From contig OX597819.1 of the NCBI GenBank assembly GCA_951406725.2, positions 38,254,001 to 38,318,000 on the forward strand: a stretch of DNA of 64,000 bases, read 5' to 3'. The notes beneath the pieces were generated by a model. That model saw nothing but the letters and a program-made list of their open reading frames with translations. It was not told where the DNA came from and did not search any database. The DNA is from Octopus vulgaris (taxonomy: Eukaryota). Below, one piece after another: positions 41,478 through 54,467 of the stretch (position 1 is its first letter; every line of letters starts with the position of its first letter). The position numbers and the translations under genes are program-made.

Positions 41478-41664
41478 GTCTGTGAATATGCAAATGAACA
41501 ATGGCGCTACTCCTGCCTATTTAGCAAGTCAAGAAAGGAAGCTAGACATACTCAAGTACGTTGTTACTGAAGCAAAAGGATCCTTAAAGATAACTGCTTT
41601 TGATGGAATGTCTTGTTTACATGCTTCAGCACAAATGGGACATTTAGATATCATCAAATGGCTA
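41478..41664 (+). CDS. Internal coding exon of an ankyrin-repeat protein, espin/espin-like (forked-like)
   Basis: Acceptor ttttacttttacAG ends at 41477 and donor GTAAGT starts at 41665. Encodes (R)SVNMQMNNGATPAYLASQERKLDILKYVVTEAKGSLKITAFDGMSCLHASAQMGHLDIIKWL, two ankyrin repeats resembling espin [21 protein letters not shown]...DGMTPLHAAAQMGH (recalled). Starts with 1 nt completing a split codon and ends in phase 0. Confidence 0.9.
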
Positions 41665-44255
41665 GTAAGTAATATTTTACACATTTTGTGTAGAACAAAG
41701 TAAACATCTGCGTTTGATTGCTTTAATTGAAACATACTAAATGCCAAAGTACTATGTTGATGGGAAAAAAAGTAATTTAATTAGTGTTCCAGTCATGGCT
41801 GCCCTGTCTATATTGTGAGCATGCTGTTTAATTGTTTAAAACTTAAAATATATAGCTTGAAGCACCCTTAGTGTATCACTTCAGTTTTGCTTTTAATAAC
41901 AACTGTGTATTCTAATTGATATTACATAAAAAGTTAATGATGATAGCCATATTAAAATATGCTGTAATCTTGAAAATGATAATATTTTTATATGTTAGAT
42001 GAAAACAATTCTTTAATGTGATAATAATTGATAGCATTTGAATAATGTATGACAAAGCAATCCACTAAATGACACTAAAAGATGTTTTGTCATTTCAAAA
42101 TATTTTCATTAGCCAGGCATTTTATGCCATTTTTCTTCAGATAAGATCATGACTATAATAAATCTGTAATGGCTACTAGGTAGCTCTGACAGAGCAGAAT
42201 TATGGACAGTGAATTATGACAGCTGGTTTAACCTCATCCCCTAGTGTTTTGGTGCTTTTAATAGAGTCTATTCTGTACTAGTATTCAGGTTAGGTCTTTG
42301 GAACAAAGATAACTTTGCCTCTTCCCCCTAGCAGCCCTTGAAGGAGTCATGAGTACTGCCTCTCCTCCTCTTCTTAGAAAACCTTTTAAAAATAAATTCA
42401 AGCACATTGATAATCCCCAGATGAAGCACATCGGTTACAGTGTGGTCCTATTTTTATCCTAGACTATACTTAACATTACATTTTTCTCTCTGATACAAGT
42501 TACATACATACATACATACATACAATCATGCATGTGTGTTTATTTGTATAATATATAAGTACTATCATTGGTAAAGGTCCTGATGATGAACAGAGTTTGT
42601 CACACCCTTTCAATTTCTTATGTGTTAGGCCATAGTCAGTACAATTTAGATGGACAATATATTTTAGGTTGACATGCCTTTAATTTCTGTTATGCGCAGT
42701 AGTACTCTCAAAACACAATGTGACATCATCATCATCATCATCGTCTTTTGACGTCTGCTTTCCATGCTAGCATGGGTTGGACGGTTCAACTGAGGTCTGA
42801 GAAGCCAGAAGGCTGCACCAGGCCCAATCTGATCTGGCACACTTTTTTTTAAATGAATTTATAACAAGGTCTAGTTAAGAAAGTTGAGGCGTGTGGTTTG
42901 GAATTTGGTCTCACCTTCGTGGTAACATTTTAAACAAGTGTTTTCTATCATGGCCTTGGGTTGATCAAAGAATGAAATTTGATTGGCAGAATCTCTGTGG
43001 AAGTCTGTTGTTTATGTGTGAACACGTGAATGAACAAATTATAGAAAGTAGCACTCAGCATCTTTGGTCAGAGTTACACACATTTGATAACAGTTTATCT
43101 CTGAAAATATGATAAGGTAGACATGACTTGTGTTTATGAAACTTTAAGTAATGTAGAGCTGAGTCAAGCATGCACACACACACATGTATGTGTGTGTATG
43201 TGTGCATGCATATATATGTTTGTGTGTGTGTATGTATATCAGGTAAATAGATATATGAACCCTCAAGGCACAGCTTAATTTGACTATCCAAGGATCATAA
43301 TCATGAAAGTGTTCTAAAAGTAATTAGGAATTATTTGGTCACTATGATCAATGTCTATGTGAAATAAATAAACAATGAAGTTCAAATATATCCATATAAA
43401 GAAAAATATGCATATATTTACCTAATGGTAACCTTCAGGAACATCTAGATGTTTCTTTAACTTCTCTCTTCTTCCAGTGGTGTAAAAAAGAGACAGGTGG
43501 CTATGAAACATTTCTATAAACCATTTCGTGTAACAAAAATATTTTGTGATATTTAGATATTTAGTGACATCCCTTTCCACTAAGGTAGACTTAACCAATC
43601 AATAAATAGACATTGCTAAAATAAATACCTGATTAAGAACAGGAGTTGATATAATTGACTAAAACCAATGAAATCAGTGCCCCATAATGGCTACAGCATA
43701 AATACTGAAACCAGTAAAAGAATTAGACAATCTATTTATGTAGCTCTGTTTTGTCATTTATGACTCATTTTTGTTTCATTCATGATTATTTTGGCATTTC
43801 TTGACAAAAGTTGTTCCTGGATATTTTCAGTTAATTTTGGAATAAAAAATAACATTAAAATCTTTCCTTGTTGGCTCATAACCTAAAATAATTTACTTAA
43901 CTGTGCTCAATTTAGTTTAGATGATAAAGCAGTAGTAGTGCTACACTATAAATATTTCCTCGTGTTTTCCTTCTCTTCTCTTCCACTTACTTTTTTCTCT
44001 TAACTCTTCCTCCTTCTCTTTGTTTCTTTTTCCTTTCTTTTCATTTTTTTTTGTCTTTGTCATTTTTTTTATCTTCATTATTTATCATCAACTTTTTAAA
44101 ACTATTGTATAATTTCTGCTGTGGTTAATCATGATGTAAATTATATTTAGTATGATGTTACTTGTTAGCCATATAAGTGTATGATATATGCATGGTAACA
44201 TAGTAATATGATGACAAATGTGCAGCAAAAAGAAGAGTGTCTTTTATTTTCTTAA

Positions 44256-44478
44256 CCCTTTAGTGTTCACATTATTCTGCCAAAATTAATCCTTTTTTTA
44301 TACACATTGTTTTGAACTAATCATTCATTAATCTTGTAGCTATGAGATTTTGATGAGGTAGCTGTTAAGTTTTAAAACAGTATTGTAGGGTTGGTGTGAG
44401 AGACAAGATCTGGCCAGTTAGAACATAAAACAGGCAGAATACTTTTGGCTGGATATGGCCGGTTTAAATGCTAAAGGG
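44256..44478. mobile_element. piggyBac-type MITE
   Basis: TTAA|CCCTTTAGTGTTCA ... TAAATGCTAAAGGG|TTAA. Confidence 0.85.
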
Positions 44479-47108
44479 TTAAGTATCATTTCAAAACTTT
44501 TGTGCTTTTGAAAGGCATTCTAGATTTTGTTAACCTTAAAATATTATACCGTCCTCTTCTTTACTGTCTTTTAGAAAGACGGTAAAAGCAGAAGTAGATA
44601 AAATCCTCAAATTTTCTTAATCCTTCCATGTCCTCAGCTTTTTGGATATCTGTGAGCCAAAAAGAAAACAACAAGGGATTTAATGGTCATTTTCCCTGCT
44701 AAAACAAGGGTTAGCTGTGCAGGCCCTTTGACAGATCTCTATTTTACCTTATCCTCTCCACCCCTTTGCCCTCATTTCTTCTTCCATCATCTTTAGTTAT
44801 GTTCTTTCTTGGTCTTCACTCCTACTTCTTTCCACGTTCATTCCCGGCGCTTTCTCTCAGTCATTTTCATCCCTCCTCAGCACATGATCCAGGCATTTCA
44901 TCCCATTACTCTTTGCAACATCTATCACCAGTTCTATTCCTATCATTCTCTCCAATTCATTGTTTGTCCTCCTTTCTCAGCCATACCCTGTTCGTCCATT
45001 GAATCATTCTCATTTACATTCTATGGTGCCCTTCATTTGTTACACATGTCTCACTCCCACAAATCATAGGATTTCTTGCACATGCAATAAATATATTTCT
45101 TTTCAGTTTCAGAGTGATATTTACCTCTACATTTGAACACTAGTCATACATATAACTTTTTCCCTTTCAAGTCTGATTCTCCTTCACTGTTCAACTTGTC
45201 TATCAAGTAACAAAATGTTTTTACATCTTCCATCTTCATACCATTTCCAAGATCCAGCTCAACATACCCTTCATACACATATTTTATTGTAGATTTCACA
45301 CCACTACATTTTCAATGAATCCACGCAGCTATCATACATTTAATGGGATTTACTCAAACACTCTTCCTACACATGGCAATTTCTCTTTTCTTTCCACCTC
45401 ATCACATTCTTTATACCATTTGCCATCAACTTTAGATTTCCAATATTCCCTTTCATATCTTTTACTTCCCCATTTCTTTCCACCTATTCATCTCTTTCAA
45501 TCCATCAATGCTTTCTGCTATTAATACCAGACCATCTGCATACTGCAATTCCAAAACTTGAAAGATGAACCTTCCTTTATACTTCTATCTCTTCCATCAT
45601 AGCTACAAAAAGTAGTGGGGTAATATATCAATACAGGCTATCATTCACTTGAAACTTGTTCTTGTCTTTTGTCTTTACAACTGTGTGCACTCTGTCATAC
45701 ATCAACATCACTACTCAACCAACCATTCCAATATTCCTTCCATTATATCTATATCATCACATTATATCTAAAGAATTACTATGAAGTTTCCATTAAGGGT
45801 TATTGTTTAAAGTTAGATATTAAATTACTGCGATCATAATCACAAGTGCTCTTTTACAAGGTGCCAGTTTGAGTGTGTTCTACATGGCACAGGGTTCTTG
45901 TGGGTCAGTCCTCTACGTCAAAGGAAGTGTTAAGGTCATTCTCCCTAATGAGGAGGATTAGCCTGCAAGAGCCCTTTGCTGGTGCCATGTGAAAAGCACT
46001 CATGCTGGTGCTACATAAAAAGCACTCTTGTCAACACCACATAAGAGCATTTGTACCAGTGTTATTTTAGAAGCACCCAGCACACACTGTAAAGTGGCAT
46101 TAGGAAGCGGATCCAGCCGTAGAAACCAAGCCAAATCAGATTGGAACCCGATGCAGCCCTTCAGCTTTCCATCTCAGGTCAAGTTGTTCAACCAATCCCA
46201 GCATGGAAACAGACGTTAAAGGATGATGAGGATTGTGATGTACTGGTCTGCAGTTAGTGATGATAATAGTATGGTACTTCTTTTTAACCACTCAGTGTGT
46301 GGGGGGTGATATTGGTATGTGTGTGTGGCTGGGGGGTAGTGGTGCAGTGACATGCTAACAGAGTGACTCGAAATGATGGAAATGGTGAGGTATGCAAAAA
46401 ACAATGGTCATATCCTACTTAGCTCACAAAGGGTGGCTTATAGCATCCAGCACTACTCATTCATAACCTCATTTTAAGGACTTAAGTGTACCTCTAGTTC
46501 CTTTTCTATGAAAAGAGGAAAGATTTTAATTTCTAAAATTTTTTGTGTATTCAACTGTTATGTCTTAGTGCTAACTATCAATACTTGACCTGGGTTTTCA
46601 GATCATAACAGTTTGTTATTGGCTAAACTAACAGACTAGGACTAAGTTAACAAAAGCTTTGACATAAATGCAGATGCAGAATGTTTGGCCAACATTTCAA
46701 GCTTATCTATATTTTTCAGAAATTGTGTCAAAATAGACAATAATCAGCTTAGTATTAAGTTTATAAAATGATAAAGACAATGTCCAACCCATGCTAGCAT
46801 GGAGAACGGACGTTAAACGATGATGATGAATGTATCATGTTTGTGTGTGCATGAATATTTATATCCTGCACTTCTCTGAAAAATTGCAGAGCTACTGACA
46901 GTGACACAGTTGACATTTCTCTGTCAGCAAAATCCTCAAGTTTTGTTCTTTTGATTTCTTTTGCTTGGAAAATAAGTGTTAGCAACAGGAAGAGCATTTG
47001 GCTGTAAAGGCAATGCCTCAATAATATGTCCTTGTCTAATCCACTAGAGTTAGAAAAAATAGATGTAAAACAAACAAATGAAGATTATATATATATATAT
47101 ATATATAT

Positions 47109-47310
47109 AGTTGAAATTTATAGAAAAACAAAAGACGAAGATAGGTGTATGAACAACAAGCAGGTGTATTAGTTTGATGCTTGGGAAAGTGAGAAAGTCT
47201 TTTATGTTTCAAGCCTACGCTCTTCGACAGAAAAGAATGCGAGAAAATAAACAGGGAGAGAATAAAAAAAAAACATGGGGATTTAGCAGTCAAGCATGGC
47301 AAGAAAGGTA
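47109..47310 (-). mobile_element. Short dispersed element with hammerhead-like motif (copy 2)
   Basis: Abuts (TA)n; reverse-complement match to 28670-28860. Confidence 0.6.
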
Positions 47311-47897
47311 AAATAACAACATGCAGAGTATGAAAAAGCAGAAAGTTCAAAAGAATTCAGACGTCATAGTATATTAGAGCAATTTTTCATCAACAGAAAA
47401 GTCTTGTGAAATCCATGAAAGTATATCCAGTGGTAGTCCAGGCGGAGTGCTTGTATGTAGATGAGGAGAGGTACAGAAAGTTCAGACAGTAGCTGAGATA
47501 TGTCAGTCCAAAGTGTAGGAGATTAAAGCAGGATAAAACTGGGGTAACCATGTGAGTGTATATATATATGTGTGTGTGTGTATGTATGTATGTATGTATG
47601 ATGGACTCTCCCATTGAAGATGATGTATGAGCATTCAACGTTTGCTGAATGACTTGCACAAATGATTTGTTTATAGTGATCAAATGTTCATGCCACACAT
47701 TAGTGCACTCTCTCCATCAAGCAAATATTGTCTGAACAGGTGCACTGTGTACCATGCATTAGGTGTCAAAGTGATCAGAGAGCAATGTGAGATGAAGTGT
47801 TTTGGTCAGGAACACAACATTCTACCCAGTCAAGGAATTGAAACCACAATCTCGGGATCATGAGTGCAACTCATATATATATGTATATATATATATA

Positions 47898-48065
47898 TAG
47901 GGAGAGTTTACGAAAAAAACAACAAAAGACGAAGACAGGTGGTGTACAAAACAAACAGAGTATAACACTCAGGAATAGAAAAAGTCTTTTACGTTTCGAG
48001 CCTACGCTCTTCTACAGAAAGGGACACAGAAAACAAAGAGAGAAACAAGGAGAGAAAAAAAAGGA
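47898..48065 (-). mobile_element. Short dispersed element with hammerhead-like motif (copy 3, best-preserved core)
   Basis: Flanked by (TA)n on both sides; minus strand reads CTTTCTGTAGAAGAGCGTAGGCTCGAAACGTAAAAG. Confidence 0.6.
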
Positions 48066-48110
48066 GAGAGTATATATATATATATACACACATGCACACA
48101 CATACACATA

Positions 48111-48558
48111 TGAGGGTCAGCTTAGAAGTTCACAAGCTGACCAAGATACTCTCGTGGAATGTGACCAAATGTTGTTATTTTTCAACATAGATCCCTTTGT
48201 GATCTCCATACTTCTTCAATCGGCGTTGCAGTGCCTTGATTCCATTGCTGAAGAAGCTGTCATCCTGTTCATCAAAGAAGTCATCAACAGCAGATATGAT
48301 GTCATCATCACTGCAATACTGGTTCCTGGCCAAGTATTTTTTATTATGTTGGGGTACAGATGATAGTCAGATTGAGCCAACTCAAGAGAATACGGAGGGT
48401 GACCAACCACTTCAAAGCCACAGTCACACACAGCAGCCATTGAAACCAAGGACTTGTGTGCTGGAACACTGTCTTCATGAAACAGTAACCCTTTTGTCAG
48501 TTTTCTTAAGTGTTTGGTCTTAATAGTCTTTCAGAACTGCCTCAGCAAGTTGGCATTG
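48111..48558 (-). mobile_element. mariner 3' fragment
   Basis: CGFEVVGHPPYSLELAQSDYHLYPNI corresponds to the HPPYSPDLAPSDYHLF motif; TA|TGAGGGTCAG terminus. Confidence 0.8.
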
Positions 48559-48588
48559 TACATACATATGTACGTATGTACATACATA

Positions 48589-49809
48589 CAGTGGTTGGAC
48601 AAAATAATGGAAACACCTTAAAATTTCAAACAAATTTATTTTAATACGGGGTAGGACCACCTTTGGAGTAATTACAGCTTGAATTCTACGAGGTATGGAC
48701 TCATACAAAGTTTGAATTGTTTCCAAAGGAATTTTTGTCCATTCTTCAGCTAAAACAGTCTCCAGTTCTTGTAGTGATGATGGTGGAGGATATCAACCCC
48801 TTACTTGTGGTGGCCAGATAAGATGTTCAACTTCACTAGAATGTTCCTCGTACCATTCAGTAACAACTTTAGCTGTGTGAATTGGTGCATTATCATCCTG
48901 AAAGATTGTGTTTCCCTCCAGAAACAGTTCCACAACCATAGGATGAATTTGATCAGATAAAATGCTTAAAAAGTCTTGACTATTAATTCTGCCATGAAGG
49001 GAAACCATTGGGCTGGCGGATTTCCAAGATACAGCCCCACCCCACCAGATCATTACAGATCCTCCTCCATGTTTAACAGTTGGAAGAAGGCAGTCTGGGT
49101 CATATGCTTCTTCTGGATGTCTCCATACGTATATTCAGTTGGTGGTCGGAAATAAGGTAAAGGATGACTCGTCCGAGAAAATAACATTCTTCTACTGCTC
49201 TAGGGACCAATTCTGTAGGTTTTTACCCCACTCTAAATGCTTTGCTACATTTGTTTTTGAAAGTAGGGGTTTTCTGATTGTAGCCTTCCCATGAAATCCA
49301 GTTTTGTGCAGCTCTCGGTGAGCAGTTTTTGTGGAAACTGGGTTCCCGAGGTGGTCATTAATCTCTGCAGTAATTTTGGGAGCTGTACTTTTGTGACCCT
49401 TTCTAACAATTTACGTAAGAGCCCAACAGCCCCTGTCTGAAAGTTTTAGTTTTCTTCCAGAGTTTTGTTTTGATGAGGGGGTTTTTCCCTCTTTCTCAAA
49501 GGCTGTCATTACTTTCAAGACAGTACTTCTTGATACACCAAACATTTCGGCTGTTTTCAGGATACTAGTGCCTGCCATACAAGCACCAACAATTTAACCT
49601 CTTTGAAAGTCTGATAGATCTGTCATTTTAATGAATTTTAATTACTTTTTTCTGATGATATCTGAAAAGAAACAGCAATTTTAGCAAAACATTAAGCAAC
49701 ACTAATAATAAATCAAAAAACATAAAAATAAACAAGCTTTTGGTGGTTTTATAGATATTTCAAAATTATGATGATATGATGCTAGGTGTTTCCATTATTT
49801 TGTCCAACC

Positions 49810-49813
<4 letters not shown>
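48589..49813 (-). mobile_element. Near full-length decayed Tc1-like transposon (1225 bp)
   Basis: 30-bp TIRs CAGTGGTTGGACAAAATAATGGAAACACCT with TA TSDs. Transposase starts near 49626 (MTDLSDFQRG*IVGA), with FSDES, FQDDNAPIHTAK, WPPQ and LYESIPRRIQAVI; stops and a deletion. Confidence 0.92.
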
Positions 49814-49880
<67 letters not shown>

Positions 49881-50479
49881 ATGTATGTATATGTATAGTA
49901 GTTTAAAAACCTGTAAGTCAGAAAAAATATTCACAATATCATATATTTTGTCAATAGAGTAGGCATATTGATCAAAGTATACAATATTATAGATCTATTT
50001 CATCAGGCTATATTGATGAAATGGTATGGGTTATATAATAATGCGAGGTTATGTAATATCCTGTAATATTATGCATTATTGAATAAATAACTATGCTATG
50101 GAAATAGTTGCAGCTAAAATTTGAACTATCCATTCTTGTCCCGTCACCATATTATACACTGTGTAATATGTGCAGCATCTTATTGCTACATAAATGGATT
50201 TACAAGATGCTTAGGATCATTCTGCAATGGTTTTACATTGCACTAACTGCTAAAATGACTAGTTAATTGATTGCAAACATCTACTTTTTGAGTACCTTGC
50301 AAAACCTGATGTGTGTTGGAGTGTTACCAAGTTAATAGCCAGGATCATTTTTGAGCTCCATTACTTCTCCCTCCTTCCCACCCACCTCTCTGTCTTTCTC
50401 TCTTTCTCTCTCTCTCTCTCTCACACAGACACACATGGGTGTGGCTGCAAGGTAAGTAGTTTGTTTCCCAACCACAATG

Positions 50480-51950
50480 TAGGCTGTATGATGCTTGTGT
50501 ACAAATGGCTATACTCCGTGTTAATGTGACATGGGCTCTGAATGCAGAAGACATACCTAGACTAGAGAGAAACGAAGGCAGTATGCACTGTTGGATGTGC
50601 AATGTCAGTGTACATGCACAAAAAAGTGCAAATGTATTGAGAAAAAAGTTGGGCACAAGAGGAATCAAATGCAGCATGCATTTGGACATGTGATGTGTAT
50701 GAATGAGGATACTTGCATAAAGAAGTGCTGATCACTGAAAGTGGATGTTACCCGCAGAAGAGGTAGACCCATGAAAACATAGGATGAAGTGGTAAGGACC
50801 AGTCTGAGGATGTTGGGCTTTACGGATGAAGTGACAATGGACTGAGATGTCTGGTGATATGAGGTTCTTGAGAAGACCCACACACATCAGCGAAACTGAG
50901 TTCTAGTAGCACTGTGTGTTCCACCCACACATAACAAGAAAACTTTTCTCACACCCTACTCCAACAAACCAAACTACATCTCTACATCTCTTCTTCACAT
51001 TTCCTCTTTCATGCACTATGCTTACCTCTTACTCCCCAGTCCTGTTCTCTTGGCCCTGTTTCACTGTATCATTACTATCCACTAGCCCTAACCTGTGTGT
51101 TCCACCCACATGTAAGAAAACTTTCACACACCTTACCCCAAAAAAGCCAAACTACATCTCTACATCTCATCTCTTCTCTTCCTCACATTTCCACCTCCAT
51201 TCACTATGCTTACCTTTCACTCTCCAATCCTGTCCTCATGGCCCTGATTCCCCTTATCATTGCTATCAGGTAGCCAGTCCCCTCTATATAACCAGGCTTT
51301 TATCACTCATTACATTCTCCTTCCCCACTCTCTACATATGCTTCTTTGGCAATGTCCTGCCACTTATATTATGATCTTTGAACCCTGGTGTTTGCCACCA
51401 TCTATCTCTCTCTTCTACCATCCCATTTATATTCTGATCCCTGTCTCTTGTATGCCTGGCACTTTGCCACCATCTCTCTCCTGCTGTCTTCCACTCTCTC
51501 TTTCTCTCTCCTTCTCCGGCTCTTCCTTCAGGTTGGGCAACCACGTATCTCCTTTATGGCAGCACATCTGTTTCTGTCCTCATTCCTGATCACTTTCTCT
51601 CTCTCTCTCTCTGTGCAACCTTGTACCTCCTCTGCAGCAAGACACCTGTTTCTGTCTTTCTGTCTCACTATAACCTTTCATCATCTGACATGAGATCACC
51701 TCCTCCAATGCCCCCTCACCCCTTCTCAAAAGATTTTTGTCTTGCAAGTTACTTGGTGACCCTTCCAGTGCCGGTGTCACTTGTCACTTAATAAGCACCC
51801 AGTCCACACTGTAAAGTGGTTGGCATTTGGAAGGGCATCCAGCTGTAAAACCTTGCAAAAATTGACCTCACTCGTGCTTGTGCCACGCAAAAATTTCTCA
51901 GTCCTCTCTGCTGAGTGATTGGTGTTAGGAAGGGCATCTAGCTGTAAAAG
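50480..51950 (+). mobile_element. Old RTE LINE 3' portion with CT-rich UTR
   Basis: TWALNAEDIPRLERNEGSMHCWMCNVSV and RRGRPMKT* remnants; pyrimidine-rich UTR with a ~180-bp-period internal duplication (50910/51092); GGAAGGGCATCCAGCTGTA tail motif twice. Confidence 0.7.
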
Positions 51951-52060
51951 CCCTTGTGTATGTATGTGTATATATATATTTATATATATATATCTATAAA
52001 TCTAATTTTTCCCTGTAAGTTTGGAGCCATACTCCCTAATATTATTATTATTATATATAT

Positions 52061-52289
52061 ATATTTCATCAGTCTCTTTTGTCGAACTGCCAAGTTATGG
52101 GTACATAAACACACTAACACTGATTTTCAAGTAGTGGTAGGGGACAGACAGAAATATAAATACATATACATATTGTTTTTTGATGTGTGTGTGTGTGTCT
52201 GTCTGTCCCCTACCACTACTTGAAAATCAGTGTTAGTGTGTTTATGTACCTATAATTTGGCAGTTCGACAAAAGAGACTGATGAAATAT
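52061..52289. repeat. Inverted duplication (92-bp arms) of a SINE tail
   Basis: 52061-52152 is the reverse complement of 52198-52289 with two mismatches; the SINE tail continues to ~52395. Confidence 0.95.
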
Positions 52290-52686
52290 GTTCCAGGATT
52301 AAAAAAATAAGTGGGGTCAATTCATTCCACTAAAATTCTTCAAGGCAGTGCCCCAGCATGGCCAGACTCTAATAATTGAAACAAGCAAAAGGAAAAAGAA
52401 CCTATATATATATATTTCAGAGTTGTACTTGACTTTCTCTGAGACCATGCATTGTTTGATCTGAGATTCTTTGGACTTGTGCCCAACACTGTGTTTTGAA
52501 ACTGAGACAACTACCTCATGAAAGGATCACACAAAGCATACAAATTCTCCTATATTCTTTTATATCCTCTTTCAATATGTTCATTATTAGTGTTGTTTGC
52601 TATGTAATTTAAGATATCTAACTATCTATCTATCTGTTTGTCTGTCTGCCTGCCTGCATACATGTATATATATATGTATGTATATA

Positions 52687-53962
52687 TCAGATCATCCCAT
52701 AAGCTCTGCCCAAATTTTGAATAAAGAAAATAAGTGATCAAATGTTATATTTAATTGAAATTTAATCATCAATGTACTTTCCCTGATTATCTATGACTTC
52801 CTTCCATCTATTTACAAGCTTTTTAATCCCATCAATGTAAAACTCTTTTGGTTTCAAAGTGAAGAACTCTGAAATGTCAGTTTCAACCTCCTCCTAGCGT
52901 GTGAAAGTTATGTCCCCCAAATGATTCTGTAAATTTACGAAACAAATGGTAGTCTGAAGGAGCAAGGTTGGGAGAATAAGGTAGTTGAGGAATTTTTTCC
53001 CAACCAAGCTCTTCAATCTTCTATGATGTGATCTTTGCAGTGTAGGGTTGCGCATTGTCCTGATGGAAAATCACACCGTTTCAATTCACTAAAGCGGGTT
53101 GTTTTTTCTTCAAAGCTTGGTTCACACACTCTAATTGCTGACAGGAGACTTGAGCATTGATTGTTGCATTAGGTGGGAACAATTCAAAGTGAATTACTCC
53201 TTTGCAATCTCACCACCTTTTTTTCCATGAAGTTCCCTTCTCGGTTGTGATTGAGCTTTTTCCCTTTTACCAAGCCACTGTTTACAATGTTTAACATGTC
53301 AATAGAAGATCCATTTTTTATCACCAGTCACAAGTCTATCCAAAAACGGGTGAAATGAGTTCACGAGAATGGAGAGAAGAGCAGATGTCAACTCGGGATT
53401 TGCAGTTGCTTTTGGACAATTCATGAGGCACCCATTTTTCAACTTTAAGAACCTTTCCAAGTTGTTGAAGATGACATTGAGCAGTTGTATGGTTTGAACT
53501 AAGCTTTATTGCCAATTCTTCAACTGATAATGCTGGATTTTCTTCAAGTAATGCCTCAAGGAGCTTATCATCAAACACAACTGGATGTCCTGTTTGATCT
53601 TTATCTTCAAGGTTGAAATCTCCACTTCTAAATATTGCAAACCATCTTCTGCAAGTTCTTCCATTCATGCATTCTTTTCCGTAAACTGAGTGTATGTTTC
53701 AAGCCGCTTTGGCTGCAGAGTTTCCTCTTTTGTACTCAAAGCATTATGTGCCTTAAATGCTCTTTGGATACTTCCATGTTAGAAGGGGTTTTAATCAAAG
53801 AAATTTTAATTCTATTATTCTGTAAAATAATATTTAATTAGTTTAAATGTACACAGAAGCTTAAAAATAATTTTTAGATTCCATTAGACATTCTAAAATA
53901 CCATTAAATTTCATTCAGTTTTAAAAAAGGTAAATTCAGACAGAACTTATGGGATGACCTGA
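52687..53962 (-). mobile_element. Full-length decayed mariner element (1276 bp)
   Basis: TIRs TCAGATCATCCCATAAGCTCTG / CAGAACTTATGGGATGACCTGA with TA TSDs. Transposase from ~53777 (MEVSKEHLRHIML..RRWFAIFRSGDFNLED..WVPHELS..HQDNAQP..YSPNLAPSDYHLF), disrupted. Confidence 0.92.
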
Positions 53963-53992
53963 TACATACATATGTATGTATGTACATACATG

Positions 53993-54467
53993 CAGGGGTT
54001 GGACAAAATAATGGAAACACCTTAAAATTTCAAACAAATTTATTTTAATATGGGGTAGGACTGCTTTTGGTTGTAATTACAGCTTGAATTCTATGAAGTA
54101 TGGACTCATACAAAGTTTGAATTGTTTCCAAAGGAATTTTTTGTCCATTCTTCAGCTAAAACAGTCTCCAGTTCTTGTTGTGATGATGGTGGAGGATATC
54201 GACTCCTTACTTGTTTTTCTAAAAGGCACCATAAATGTTGAATAATATTGAAATCTGGGGACTGTGGTGGCCAGATAAGATGTTTAACTTCACTAGAATG
54301 TTCCTCGTGCCATTCAGTAACAACTTTAGCTGTATGAATTGGTGCATTCCTGAAAGATTGTGTTTCCCTCCAGAAACAGTTCTGCAACCATAGGATGAAT
54401 TTGATCAGATATTTCAAAATTATGATGATATGATGCTAGGTGTTTCCATTATTTTCTCCAACCCCTG
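53993..54467 (-). mobile_element. Internally deleted derivative of the 48589 Tc1-like family
   Basis: Same TIRs (CAGGGGTTGG...). The deletion joins GATCAGATA to AGATATTTCAAAATT at an AGATA microhomology. Retains WPPQSPDFNIIQHLW. Confidence 0.9.
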
